A stretch of 64,000 bases of DNA from Candidatus Brocadiia bacterium. Its GTDB lineage: Bacteria; Planctomycetota; Brocadiia; CAIUPP01. Within the stretch, counting starts at the first letter, position 1; every line of letters starts with the position of its first letter. Under the pieces are notes generated by a model that did not search any database, had not been told where the DNA came from, and saw only the letters and a list, made by a program, of their open reading frames with translations. The translations under genes were made by a program, and so were the position numbers. Shown here in pieces: positions 47,330 to 56,702 of this stretch. The DNA lies in NCBI GenBank assembly GCA_050015075.1, contig JBEKCB010000010.1:65096-129095 (forward strand). The letters are read 5' to 3'.

Positions 47330-48031
47330 ATGAAGCTCTCGGTCATCCTGCCGACATATAACGAAGAGCGGACGATCCGGAAACTCCTTGACTTGGTCCT
47401 GAATGTCCAATTCCCGCCGGAATCCGGGCCGGTCGAGATCGAAGTCATTGTAGTGGATGACGGCTCAACGGACCGCACCGCCGAGATCGTCGCCCTGGAA
47501 CCGCGCGCGATACTGGTCCGCCACGAGCGCAACCGCGGCAAAGGCGCCGCGATCCGCACCGCGCTCGGGCATGTGACCGGCGACGTGGTCCTGATCCAGG
47601 ACGCCGACCTGGAGTATTCGGTGGAAGACTACCCGCGCCTGCTGCGGCCGTTTCTGGACGAGCGCGTCCAAGTGGTTTTCGGCTCGCGCTTCCTGCTGCG
47701 CCGCCACCCGACGGGGATGCACTGGACCAACTGGCTCGCGAACCGCATCCTGACGGTGACCGCGAACGTGCTCTACAACGCGAAGATCACTGACGAGGCG
47801 ACCTGCTACAAGGTCTTCCGCGCGCCGCTGCTCAAGTCGCTGCCGCTGCGGGCGAACAGCTTCGACTTCTGCCCGGAGGCCACCGCGCTGGTGCGGAAGC
47901 GCGGCGTGCCGATCCACGAAGTGCCCATCGAGTACCACGGTCGAAGCCGCGCCGAAGGAAAGAAGATCCGGTTCAAGCATGGGTTTCAGGCGATGAAGAC
48001 GCTCGTGCTGCATCGCCTTCGGCGCGCTTGA
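47330..48031 (+). CDS. GT2 polyprenol-phosphate glycosyltransferase (DPM1-like)
   Basis: PTYNE, VDDGSTD, NRGKG, QDADLEY and GSRF motifs. Confidence 0.92.
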   Translation: MKLSVILPTYNEERTIRKLLDLVLNVQFPPESGPVEIEVIVVDDGSTDRTAEIVALEPRAILVRHERNRGKGAAIRTALGHVTGDVVLIQDADLEYSVEDYPRLLRPFLDERVQVVFGSRFLLRRHPTGMHWTNWLANRILTVTANVLYNAKITDEATCYKVFRAPLLKSLPLRANSFDFCPEATALVRKRGVPIHEVPIEYHGRSRAEGKKIRFKHGFQAMKTLVLHRLRRA

Positions 48032-48035
48032 GGCT

Positions 48036-49484
48036 TTACGGCACGGAGCGCGCGGGCGCCGGCAGGCGATAGACGCGCAACGAGTAGTCCATGAAGCGGA
48101 CCGTGAGGGGAAAGCTCTTAAGCCGCGATCCGTTTCTCTCGAGGAACTTCAGCAGGTCCGGCGCCGGTCTCGCGTTCGAGGTCTGCTCGACGATCACGTA
48201 GCAGACCCGGTCTTTCGGCTGCCGCTCCAACTCCGCCAGGCCTGTCGGATTCGGCTCGACGGCCATGGATCCTTCAAGACCGGGCCGCGCGAGATAAAAC
48301 GCCAGCACCTCCGGTCCCGCGGGCGCCGCGGTCGCGATCAACGGCGCGCCCTCGGCCTGCGCTTTCGATCGCACGTATTCAGCCGCCTCGCGCCAGCGCG
48401 GCCGCTGACCGCGCTCGACGGTAAAATAGAGCGCGTCCTTCAGGCCGAGCGACAGGATGACCACGCCCGCCAGGAGCCACGCGACTTTCTTCCGGTCTTC
48501 GGCCGCATAGCGGATGAGAATGTCCAGCCCCTCGCCGGCCAGCAGAAGGAACGCGGGCAGGGCGACGAGCGCGAAACGGCTGCCGCCTTCCGCGAATCCC
48601 ACGAAGAGTACCACCAGCGCCGGCGGGACCAGCGCCCAACTGAGCAGCCACTTCGCACGACGATCCCGCTGCTGCAGCAGCATCCAGGCGGCGACGGCCG
48701 CGCAGATCAGCGCCGCCGGCTCATATCGGTCCGCCAATTTAGCCGCCGTCAGCGCGCAACGGCCGATCGAGAAGCCGCTCTTCGCGTGCCAGTCGGCCAG
48801 GAACGAAAGGATCGGGCGCGCAAAGAGAACTCCGAAGGCGGCGAACGGTGCGAAGAGGATCGCCAGGTTGCTCCAGCAAATTCCCGCCGGCCGTCCTTCT
48901 TTCCGCGAGACCCAGAGCGCATACGCCGCCAGCGCCGGAAGCGCAAGTCCGGCCGTCCAATGCGTCCATCCCGCCAGGGCCAGGAGCAGGACCGCGCCGA
49001 GCAGCCCTTTGAGGCTGTTGCGTTCGAAGCCGACGAACGCGCACCACATCGCGAGCATGCTGAGCAGCATCATCAGGCTGTAGTAGCGCGCCTCCTGCGA
49101 GAAAAAGATGTGATACGAGGAGACCGCGAGCAGCACGGCCGAGAGCATCGCGGCGCGTTCCGAGAAGAGTTTTCGCCCGATCAGGTAGAGTGCGGGGACG
49201 CTGATCGCTCCGGCGATGGCCGGCACGAGCCTGGCCGCGAATTCGTTCGAGCCGAAGAGCCGGACGGCGAACCCGATCAGCGCGTATCCGACCGGATAGG
49301 TGATGACCTTGCCCAAGTCCTGCGCATCGCGGAGCGTGGCGATCTCGTCGGCCCAGAAGCTCCAGTCTCCGAGCCGCCAGAACCGCAGGCCCGCCGCGAG
49401 AAGCGTCAGGAGCGTCAGGACCAGCGCGGTCCTTTGCTCGCTCGCCGCCGAACCGGCCGATGGGGATTCGCCGTCGTCGATCAA
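48036..49484 (-). CDS. GT-C fold membrane glycosyltransferase (PMT/ArnT-like)
   Basis: FWADE and SQEARYY motifs; multi-TM. Confidence 0.82.
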   Translation of the reverse strand: MIDDGESPSAGSAASEQRTALVLTLLTLLAAGLRFWRLGDWSFWADEIATLRDAQDLGKVITYPVGYALIGFAVRLFGSNEFAARLVPAIAGAISVPALYLIGRKLFSERAAMLSAVLLAVSSYHIFFSQEARYYSLMMLLSMLAMWCAFVGFERNSLKGLLGAVLLLALAGWTHWTAGLALPALAAYALWVSRKEGRPAGICWSNLAILFAPFAAFGVLFARPILSFLADWHAKSGFSIGRCALTAAKLADRYEPAALICAAVAAWMLLQQRDRRAKWLLSWALVPPALVVLFVGFAEGGSRFALVALPAFLLLAGEGLDILIRYAAEDRKKVAWLLAGVVILSLGLKDALYFTVERGQRPRWREAAEYVRSKAQAEGAPLIATAAPAGPEVLAFYLARPGLEGSMAVEPNPTGLAELERQPKDRVCYVIVEQTSNARPAPDLLKFLERNGSRLKSFPLTVRFMDYSLRVYRLPAPARSVP

Positions 49485-50116
49485 AGCGTTCCGCCTATAG
49501 CCCGGACGACCTTCTCCATCGTCTGCCGGGCGATCGCGCGCGCCTCTTCCGCGGCGCGCTCGACCTCGCTGCGCGTGGCGGAGGAAAGCGCCTTGTCCTC
49601 CAGGCTCTGAAGGTTAATCTCGACGTTCAGCTTGGCGGCGCGGAGCGCGGCCTCGGCCAGGATAGCCGCCACGCCGACATCGCTGATGAGATTGGGATTG
49701 GCAACCTCCGCCAGCCGCGCGATCGGCTCCAGCGCGCTGCGGCAGGTGCGGACGACCTGGAGCGGCGAGTCCATGGCGACGACGAGCGCCTTCTGGATCA
49801 TCGCGGTCCTGGCCGCAGCCTCCTCCGGCGTCTGCTTCGGCATGGCGTAGGCGGCCGAGACGGCGGCGTAGGCTTTCGTGTCCTCATCCATCAGGCGCAG
49901 CAGGTCGTCGCGCGCGCGGAGGCAGGCCGCCAGCAACTGCTGGACCTCGGGCTCGACCGCCTTGAATTTCTTTTTCCCGACGGTGAAATTCGCCGCCATG
50001 CAGCCCATAGTCATTCCGAGCGCGCCGGCCAGCGCCGCCACGCTGCCGCCGCCGGGCGTCGGCTGGCCGGAGCTGGCCGCTTCGGCGTAAGACCGAACGG
50101 TTCCGTAGAGATACAT
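49481..50116 (-). CDS. Cyclodeaminase/cyclohydrolase family (FTCD_C, FchA-like)
   Basis: PTPGGGSVAA, NPNLISD and NVEINL motifs. Confidence 0.88.
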   Translation of the reverse strand: MYLYGTVRSYAEAASSGQPTPGGGSVAALAGALGMTMGCMAANFTVGKKKFKAVEPEVQQLLAACLRARDDLLRLMDEDTKAYAAVSAAYAMPKQTPEEAAARTAMIQKALVVAMDSPLQVVRTCRSALEPIARLAEVANPNLISDVGVAAILAEAALRAAKLNVEINLQSLEDKALSSATRSEVERAAEEARAIARQTMEKVVRAIGGTL

Positions 50117-50143
50117 GGCTTCTCTCCAACCAGGCGCGACCCG

Positions 50144-50947
50144 TCAGGCCCGCATTTCCTGCCCGCCATCCACCAGGTGCGAGCAGCCGGTGATGTAGGA
50201 GGCAAGCTCCGAGACGAGATACACGACGGCGTTCGCCACGTCCTCCGGCGTGCATTGCCGGCCGAGCGGAACTTTGCGATTGTAATATTCCTCGACCTGT
50301 TCCACGGTGATGCCGGCCTGTCCGGCGCGGGCGCGGACGTACTCCTGGCTCCAGATGCCGCTGCCGCGGATCACGTTTCCGGGCAGCACGCTGTTGACGC
50401 GGATCCGGTGCTTGGCGAGTTCCTGCGCCCAGCCTTGCGCGAGGCCGATGACGCCGAACTTCGTGGCGTTGTACGCGGAATTGTCGGCCGATCCGCGCAC
50501 ACCGCTCTTCGAGCTGATGTTCACGATGCTGCCGCCCTGGCCCTGGCGGATGAGCACGCGCGCCACCGCCTGCGCGCACAGGAAATACCCCTTCAAGTTG
50601 ATGGCGACCGTCCGGTCCCAGTCCGCTTCCGGGAAATCCGCGAGCGGAAAAGAAGGCGCGATGCCCGCATTGTTGACGAGGATGTCCACGCGGCTGAACT
50701 CGGCGACCGTCGCCTCGACCATCTTCTGGACGCTGTCCTTGTTCCTGACGTCCACGGCGACCGCCCAGGCGCGGCCGCCGCCGCGCTGCGCGATCTCCGC
50801 CGCGGCCCTCCGCGCCGCATCGAGATTGATGTCCGCCACCGCCACGTCGGCGTCCGCCGCCGAAAGCCCTTCGGCGATTCCCAGCCCGATTCCCGAAGCG
50901 CCGCCGGTGACGATGGCGGCCTTTCCTTTGAGCGATATACTCTTCAT
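50144..50947 (-). CDS. SDR oxidoreductase, SrlD (sorbitol-6-P dehydrogenase)-like
   Basis: TGGASGIG, NNAG, SSKSG and YNATK motifs. Confidence 0.88.
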   Translation of the reverse strand: MKSISLKGKAAIVTGGASGIGLGIAEGLSAADADVAVADINLDAARRAAAEIAQRGGGRAWAVAVDVRNKDSVQKMVEATVAEFSRVDILVNNAGIAPSFPLADFPEADWDRTVAINLKGYFLCAQAVARVLIRQGQGGSIVNISSKSGVRGSADNSAYNATKFGVIGLAQGWAQELAKHRIRVNSVLPGNVIRGSGIWSQEYVRARAGQAGITVEQVEEYYNRKVPLGRQCTPEDVANAVVYLVSELASYITGCSHLVDGGQEMRA

Positions 50948-51009
50948 CTCTGACTCTCCTTTCGAACCGGCGCATTTTACCAGAAGCACCCGGACTTTCC
51001 GCAACTGCG

Positions 51010-51037
51010 TTGACAGGATTTCACGGACGGCTATAAT
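51010..51037 (+). promoter_or_regulatory. Sigma-70 promoter
   Basis: TTGACA-N16-TATAAT. Confidence 0.7.
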
Positions 51038-51092
51038 GCCGGATGGTGTTTTCGGCAACCTGAAACGGTTTCCATATTGAGACCTCCAACGC

Positions 51093-51581
51093 ATGGACTG
51101 GGAAATCGGCAGCACCTCGCTGGCGTGCGCCGGCTGCAGCAAAAGCTTCGCCGAGGAACAGGAAATTTTCTCCGCCCTCTACGACGAGCGCCCGATCTTC
51201 GCCCGGCGGGACTATTGCTCGGAATGCTGGCCGAAGCAGGACCTGCAGCCGGTCTTCAGCCACTGGCGGACGCGCATGCCCAAGCGCGACGCGCCGGTGC
51301 GGCGGTTCGTGGACGATGACGTCGTGCTGGATTTCTTCAAGCGGCTCGAAGGCTCGCCGGAGCCCGCGAAGATCGGTTTTCGCTACGTCCTCGGGCTGCT
51401 GCTAATGCGCAAGAAGGCGCTGAAGCTCAAGGAATTCCGCCGGTCGGAGGCGGGCGCGGCGCTGATCCTGCACGACCGCCTGCGCGACTGCGATTACGAA
51501 GTGACCGACCCGAATTTGACGGAGGAGCAGATCCGGCAGATGACGGGGGAAATCAACCAGATCCTGAACGTGAAGGGCTGA
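51093..51581 (+). CDS. Hypothetical protein with two CxxC motifs
   Basis: CAGC, RRDYCSECW and LLLMRKK segments. Confidence 0.75.
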   Translation: MDWEIGSTSLACAGCSKSFAEEQEIFSALYDERPIFARRDYCSECWPKQDLQPVFSHWRTRMPKRDAPVRRFVDDDVVLDFFKRLEGSPEPAKIGFRYVLGLLLMRKKALKLKEFRRSEAGAALILHDRLRDCDYEVTDPNLTEEQIRQMTGEINQILNVKG

Positions 51582-51613
51582 GCCGGTCGGCTTCATTGAA
51601 AGGCAGGAAAGCC

Positions 51614-52615
51614 ATGCCGCGGAAACAGTGGGACGCATGCCGGGCGACGGTGGCGGGCATCCTTTGCACGTCGGCGCTCGGGCTGACCGGGTGCGGCACG
51701 TTCAGCCCGGCGCGCATCGAGATGCAGCCGGTGGAAAGGCGCGACCTCAGCCGCGACCAGCTTCTGGCCATGCTGGATGGACAGTCGAAGCTCCTGCGGT
51801 TCTCCGCCACCACGCGAGTCAGCATCCTCGAAGAGGGCTCCGTCATCCCCGCAACGGTCATGGACGCCTTGCGGAAGGAACACGGCAAACCGTACCAGAA
51901 GAGATTCACGGAAGCGGACGTGAACGGCTCGTTCTTCCTCTCGCGCGATGCCCAGGGGCACGTGAACGTCAGTATGTCGGGCGAGGTGCAGGGAATCAAC
52001 GGCGTCGGCTTCACGCTCCTGGGCAAAGACCGCTCGTTCTGGATGCTCATCCCGACTTCACAGGAGGAGCGCGACAAGGCCGTCACCCAGGGCCAGTCGG
52101 CGCCGAACGGCAAGGTGCTCTACGGCACGTTCGAAGCGGACACCCTTCGGCCGAAGGACAGGTATTCCATTCGCCCGCAGGACTTCGCGGACCTGATGCT
52201 CACCGGGGAAGCCAGGCTGGCGCTCAACGGCCAGGACATCTGCTATGTCGAAAAGTGGCAGGATTACTACGTCATGAATTTCCTGCGGCCGGACTGGCCG
52301 AACCATATCTACTCGAAGATCTGGTTTGATCGGCAGAACCTCAGGGTCGCGATTCACCAGTTATTCGACTCCGCCGGCGAACTGGTTGCCGAAGCGCGGT
52401 TCAAGGATTACGGGCGATATCCCATGGCCAAAGACCCGAAGGTCAGGATGGAGATACCGGTCCAGGTGGAGTTCCTCTGGCCGAGAGACCGGATCCTGAT
52501 GCGCGCGTTGTTCGCGGACGTCAAATTGAACGACGACATTCCGGCGAAGAGATTCGATGAGAAGCGCTTCGAGGGTTACCCGACCGAACTGATCGAAGCG
52601 CCGCCCGCGCGCTAA
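51614..52615 (+). CDS. Hypothetical lipoprotein, LolA/LolB-like beta fold possible
   Basis: Lipobox LTGC; KIWFDRQNL beta-rich C-terminus. Confidence 0.65.
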   Translation: MPRKQWDACRATVAGILCTSALGLTGCGTFSPARIEMQPVERRDLSRDQLLAMLDGQSKLLRFSATTRVSILEEGSVIPATVMDALRKEHGKPYQKRFTEADVNGSFFLSRDAQGHVNVSMSGEVQGINGVGFTLLGKDRSFWMLIPTSQEERDKAVTQGQSAPNGKVLYGTFEADTLRPKDRYSIRPQDFADLMLTGEARLALNGQDICYVEKWQDYYVMNFLRPDWPNHIYSKIWFDRQNLRVAIHQLFDSAGELVAEARFKDYGRYPMAKDPKVRMEIPVQVEFLWPRDRILMRALFADVKLNDDIPAKRFDEKRFEGYPTELIEAPPAR

Positions 52616-54906
52616 CGCCGGCGCGCGGCCAGGGCCAGCAGGGGCAGGCTTGCGAGCGACAGGGCGCAGATCGCCCAGCACGTCATGAAGATGCCGAGGA
52701 CGGGCACGAGTATGGCGCCGGCGAGCAGGGCGCCGGCGCACGCGCCGGCCAGTTCCATCGCGTAGAGGCCGGCGGCCATCGCGCCCGGCTGGGCCAGCTC
52801 GTCGGTTTCCGCGGCGCCCAGCGCCACGCTGACGGGATATTGCACGCCCACCACCGCCCCGACGCAGAAGTTCAGAAACGGCACCACGATTGTCGCGCCG
52901 GCCGCAGCCATTCCCACGCCGGATCTCTCCAACCAGAACAGCACGGGCACGAACAACGCCGCAAGGAGCGCCAGCGCCACCTGGCAAACGGCGAGCGTGC
53001 CGAAGTTCGCCGGCGCCGTCAGACCTCCGGCCGCCAGCACGGCGCCGGCGGCCGTGCCGAGCATGAAGGCCGCGAAGAGAATCCCCAACTGCCCGTATAC
53101 GTATCCATAGAGGCTCTGAAACGCGAAGACCAGCACCATCTCCAGCACAATGCCCGCCAGGCCGGCATACACGCGCGTGGCCGGCAGTCCGACGCGGATC
53201 GGCCTCGATGTGAACGTCGCCGCAAGCGCCAGGATTCCCGTAGCGATCGCGATGAAAAGGAGTACGCTCCAGATATCCAGGTCAAGCGCCCAGTGCAGCA
53301 ATTGCGTCCCGCCGACCTGAAACGCGTCGGCCCACAGCAGCAGTTCCTGGTAGTACGCCGCGGGCCGCATGTCCGTATTGATCGTGCCGCCCTTCAGGCT
53401 CGCCTGGAATTGCAGGGCGCGCGCCGGATTCGTGATCTCGGCCAGGACGCCCTCGGTCAGCCACGCCGGATGCATTCCCCAGGTCTGCATCCGCACGGGC
53501 CAGGCGGCCGTGTCCGGAAAATCGCGGGATTTCGACGCCAGGAAATGGACGCCGTTGTCCGACGGGAACGCCGCGACGGACTTGCCGAAAACCGACCGAA
53601 GCGTGACCAGAATATCCGCAGCCAGGGCCCGCTGCGGAGCGCTCATGTATGATCGGGGGGTTCCCTCGAGGCTGAGCGCGAGGACGCCGTCCTTTTTCAG
53701 GGCGCGGCGCGCTTCCTCGAAGAACTCGCGCGTGTAGAATCGGTTAATCAGGCCGGTGGTCGGGTTGGGCGCGGCGGAAAGGATCACGTCATAGGCCGCC
53801 ACGTAGCGCTTCACGACGAGCCGGCCGTCGGCGTCGGTGAGGATGCGGACGAGGTCGGCCGGCTTGAGCGCGGCCTTTTGCTCTTCATCGCCGAACTGCC
53901 GCGCCGAGGCGACCAGCTCGGGATCGAGCTCGACGTCATCCACCCTCATCCAGGGAAGTTCGAGCGCCTTGGAGAGCACGCCGTTGACGGCCCCGCCGAT
54001 GATCAGCATCTGCCCCGGCGCGGGATGCGCCAGCACGGCCAGGAACACCGCCTCTTCCGCGGAGCGGTCCATGTGCGTCGTCCCCACCAGCGAGCCGTTC
54101 TGGTAGAACTCCTTCTGCCCCTGGTTCTCGGCCACGTCCACGCGGCCGTAAATCGTGTCCGCCGAGTGCAGCAGCACCCGGCCCTCGTAGCGCGGGGCGA
54201 GCGAGAGGAGGTCAATGACGGCGCCGAACGACGCGTACGGCTCCGACGACTGGCTCAGCGCGGAGAACGCCGTCGCGGAGAACAGGACGCAGCATGCCAG
54301 CAGGGCCCATCCGCGTTTCTCGGCGGCGCGGGAACTGTGCCGCCAGACGGCGAATCCGGCCAGGCAGTCCACCGCCGCCAGGACCAGCGCGATCTGGAAC
54401 GCGTCCATCGCCTGCAGCAGGATGTACGTCAGCAGAATGCCGCCGATGAACGTGCCGATCGCCTCGCCGAGATAGACACGGGTCGCCGCGGACGCCGCGG
54501 ATTCCTCCAACCGCGAGACGATCGAGCACGCCAGCGCGTAGAAGAATCCCAGGACGAGGCACAACGGCGCGAGGCTGATGAAGGTGGCCAGCAGCACTCC
54601 GCCCAGCGACGGCGCAATCCCGCCGCTCTCAAACAGGAAGTATCGCGAAGTGCGGGCCAGGAGAACGGTCACCGGCACGAGCGCGCCGCCGCCCGCCAGC
54701 GCCAGGGCGAACGCGGGAACGCCGAGCGAGTATTTACCGGCCAGGCGCCCCAGGCCCGCGCTGCCCGCCGCGAAGAGCAGCAGCCACACGGCGAGCACCA
54801 CGCCGTACACCAGCTCGTTCCCGTGGAACGCCGTGGCGAGTTCGCGAACCGAGAGCACCTGGCCGATGACGCAGGTCAGACCGTAGAGTATCAGGCAGCG
54901 ACGCAT
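52612..54906 (-). CDS. Membrane-fused spermidine-synthase-like protein
   Basis: GNELVYG N-terminal TM domain; IIGG, VELDP, DGR and NRFYTREFF catalytic-like domain; C-terminal TM domain (QSLYGYVY). Confidence 0.85.
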   Translation of the reverse strand: MRRCLILYGLTCVIGQVLSVRELATAFHGNELVYGVVLAVWLLLFAAGSAGLGRLAGKYSLGVPAFALALAGGGALVPVTVLLARTSRYFLFESGGIAPSLGGVLLATFISLAPLCLVLGFFYALACSIVSRLEESAASAATRVYLGEAIGTFIGGILLTYILLQAMDAFQIALVLAAVDCLAGFAVWRHSSRAAEKRGWALLACCVLFSATAFSALSQSSEPYASFGAVIDLLSLAPRYEGRVLLHSADTIYGRVDVAENQGQKEFYQNGSLVGTTHMDRSAEEAVFLAVLAHPAPGQMLIIGGAVNGVLSKALELPWMRVDDVELDPELVASARQFGDEEQKAALKPADLVRILTDADGRLVVKRYVAAYDVILSAAPNPTTGLINRFYTREFFEEARRALKKDGVLALSLEGTPRSYMSAPQRALAADILVTLRSVFGKSVAAFPSDNGVHFLASKSRDFPDTAAWPVRMQTWGMHPAWLTEGVLAEITNPARALQFQASLKGGTINTDMRPAAYYQELLLWADAFQVGGTQLLHWALDLDIWSVLLFIAIATGILALAATFTSRPIRVGLPATRVYAGLAGIVLEMVLVFAFQSLYGYVYGQLGILFAAFMLGTAAGAVLAAGGLTAPANFGTLAVCQVALALLAALFVPVLFWLERSGVGMAAAGATIVVPFLNFCVGAVVGVQYPVSVALGAAETDELAQPGAMAAGLYAMELAGACAGALLAGAILVPVLGIFMTCWAICALSLASLPLLALAARRR

Positions 54907-54985
54907 CCCGCATTCTCTTTCGACGAGGGCCGTGCGCGAACGTCATGATGCGACCGATGGCGCGTGTGCGGAGTGGGCGATGCTT

Positions 54986-55055
54986 CTAAGAAAATGCGCG
55001 CCCGGCGCGCATTATCTATTGATGCATCAGCCGCGCAGCCGTTGGCGCGGCTAAT
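54986..55055 (-). repeat. 70-bp double-hairpin dispersed repeat, copy 2
   Basis: Reverse complement of 23946-24015 with 5 mismatches. Confidence 0.85.
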
Positions 55056-55102
55056 CTGCTTGGATCAATCGTGAAGGAACCGTCCGCCGAGCCTTAAATT
55101 GA

Positions 55103-55135
55103 GAAACCCGATAGGCCGCACGCCTATCGGGTTTC
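55103..55135 (-). terminator. Hairpin, probable terminator of the TPR lipoprotein gene
   Basis: 14-bp perfect stem GAAACCCGATAGGC/GCCTATCGGGTTTC. Confidence 0.65.
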
Positions 55136-55173
55136 CCATGACGAAACCTGTCCGCGGGCCGCGACGCGCCGCT

Positions 55174-55578
55174 TCACTTCGGCGCGGGCATGGGCGCCGA
55201 ACCGGCCGGAGCCATCTTCGCCGGCGGGGCGCTCTGCATCGCTTTGTCGAGTTCTTTCAGCTCGTCTTTCGCCCACTGGGCCGGCTCGCTCGTCGGATAG
55301 AGATCCATCACCTTGTTATAGGCGTCCCGGGCATCCGCCAGCTTGCCGAGGGACCGGTACGAGCGGGCGATATTGTATTGGGCGAACGGGAGCAGATTCG
55401 GATATTCCTTCTCCGCGATGAACTCCTTGTACTTCGCGATCGCATCGCTGTACTTCCCATCGCTCTGCAGGTCCTTCGCCTTGTCGAACTTCGTGACCGG
55501 CGTCGGGGTAGTGCAGCCGAACAGGACCACTGCGCCCAGGGCGGCCGCCGCGAACAAGCACGCGCGATGCACTTTCAT
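55174..55578 (-). CDS. TPR lipoprotein (BamD/CpoB-like)
   Basis: Lipobox LFGC; TPR helices; YPTS motif; AGGAGG RBS. Confidence 0.8.
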   Translation of the reverse strand: MKVHRACLFAAAALGAVVLFGCTTPTPVTKFDKAKDLQSDGKYSDAIAKYKEFIAEKEYPNLLPFAQYNIARSYRSLGKLADARDAYNKVMDLYPTSEPAQWAKDELKELDKAMQSAPPAKMAPAGSAPMPAPK

Positions 55579-55676
55579 AACAGCCCTCCTTTAAACCGGG
55601 TATCGAGGATGCTGCAACTCCTCAGGACATTGCCGCGCGCATTGTAAGCACCGCCGGGCGCTTCTGTCAACCTGCC

Positions 55677-55705
55677 TTGACAGTTTTTTCCGTCTGTGAT
55701 AGCCT
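55677..55705 (+). promoter_or_regulatory. Sigma-70 promoter for the por operon
   Basis: TTGACA-N17-TAGCCT with extended TG; a divergent TTGACA-N18-TACAAT lies at 55641-55670. Confidence 0.6.
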
Positions 55706-55818
55706 GTGCGCGTTGCTTCACGCGTTTCCGCCGCCGAGCGAGAGCGTGGAGGGTGGGTCCTTTTCGCTTCCTCGCCTGTTCGACCTGCCGGATAAACTCG
55801 AAGTTGGAGTGAGATTCA

Positions 55819-56391
55819 ATGCCCGATAAAATGGTTGAGATTCGTTGGCACGCCCGAGGCGGCCAGGGCGCCAAGACCGCCGCCACGCTCATCGCCGCCG
55901 TCGCGCTGGAGGAAGGCAAGTTCAGCCAGGGATTTCCGGATTACGGTCCCGAGCGCGAGGGCGCGCCGATCCGCGGATACACCCGCATCAGCGACACGCC
56001 CGTCCAGGTCCACAGCGCCATCTATACGCCGGACATCGTGGTCGTGCTGGACGCCTCGCTGCTCGATTCCGTGGACGTGAGCGAAGGGCTCAAGAGCGAT
56101 GGCATCATCCTGATCAACTCGCCGAGCGAACCGGCCGTGCTCCGGAAGAAACTCGGCCTCAAGAGCGGCAAGGTCTACACCGTGGACGCGACGCGGATCG
56201 CCACCGAGGAGATCGGCCGGCCCATTCCGAACACGCCGATGATGGGCGCGCTCATGAAGGCCATGCCGATCCTCAAGCTCGAAACCATCCTCCACGACAT
56301 CGAGAAGAAGTTCAAGTCGAAGGGAGAACAGGTCGTGCAGGGAAACTTCCGCGCCATTCGACGCGCGTTTGAGGAGGTCAAAGAAGCATGA
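55819..56391 (+). CDS. porC: Pyruvate/2-oxoacid:ferredoxin oxidoreductase gamma subunit
   Basis: EIRWHARGGQG, YGPEREGAP and NTPMMGA motifs. Confidence 0.92.
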   Translation: MPDKMVEIRWHARGGQGAKTAATLIAAVALEEGKFSQGFPDYGPEREGAPIRGYTRISDTPVQVHSAIYTPDIVVVLDASLLDSVDVSEGLKSDGIILINSPSEPAVLRKKLGLKSGKVYTVDATRIATEEIGRPIPNTPMMGALMKAMPILKLETILHDIEKKFKSKGEQVVQGNFRAIRRAFEEVKEA

Positions 56392-56699
56392 GCAAGCTGC
56401 CCTCGTGGAAGGAACTGGCGTCCGGCGGTGTGATCCTGAAAGCCGGCTCCAGCGCCGAGAAAAAGACCGCCGGCTGGCGCAGCAACCGCCCGATCTGGCA
56501 TGACGAGAAGTGCATCCAGTGCATGCGCTGCTGGATCTTCTGCCCCGACTCGTCCATTCTCGTCAAGGACGGCAAGGTCGTCGGGATTGACTACGATCAC
56601 TGCAAAGGCTGCGGCATCTGCGCCGAGGAATGCCCGAAGAAGGTGGTGGCGATCACCATGAAACCGGAAAGTGAATTCGAAGGCTCCAAGAAGGATTAG
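56388..56699 (+). CDS. porD: Pyruvate/2-oxoacid:ferredoxin oxidoreductase delta subunit, 2x[4Fe-4S]
   Basis: TAGWR, CIQCMRCWIFCP and CKGCGICAEECP motifs. Confidence 0.93.
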   Translation: MSKLPSWKELASGGVILKAGSSAEKKTAGWRSNRPIWHDEKCIQCMRCWIFCPDSSILVKDGKVVGIDYDHCKGCGICAEECPKKVVAITMKPESEFEGSKKD

Positions 56700-56702
56700 A
56701 CC

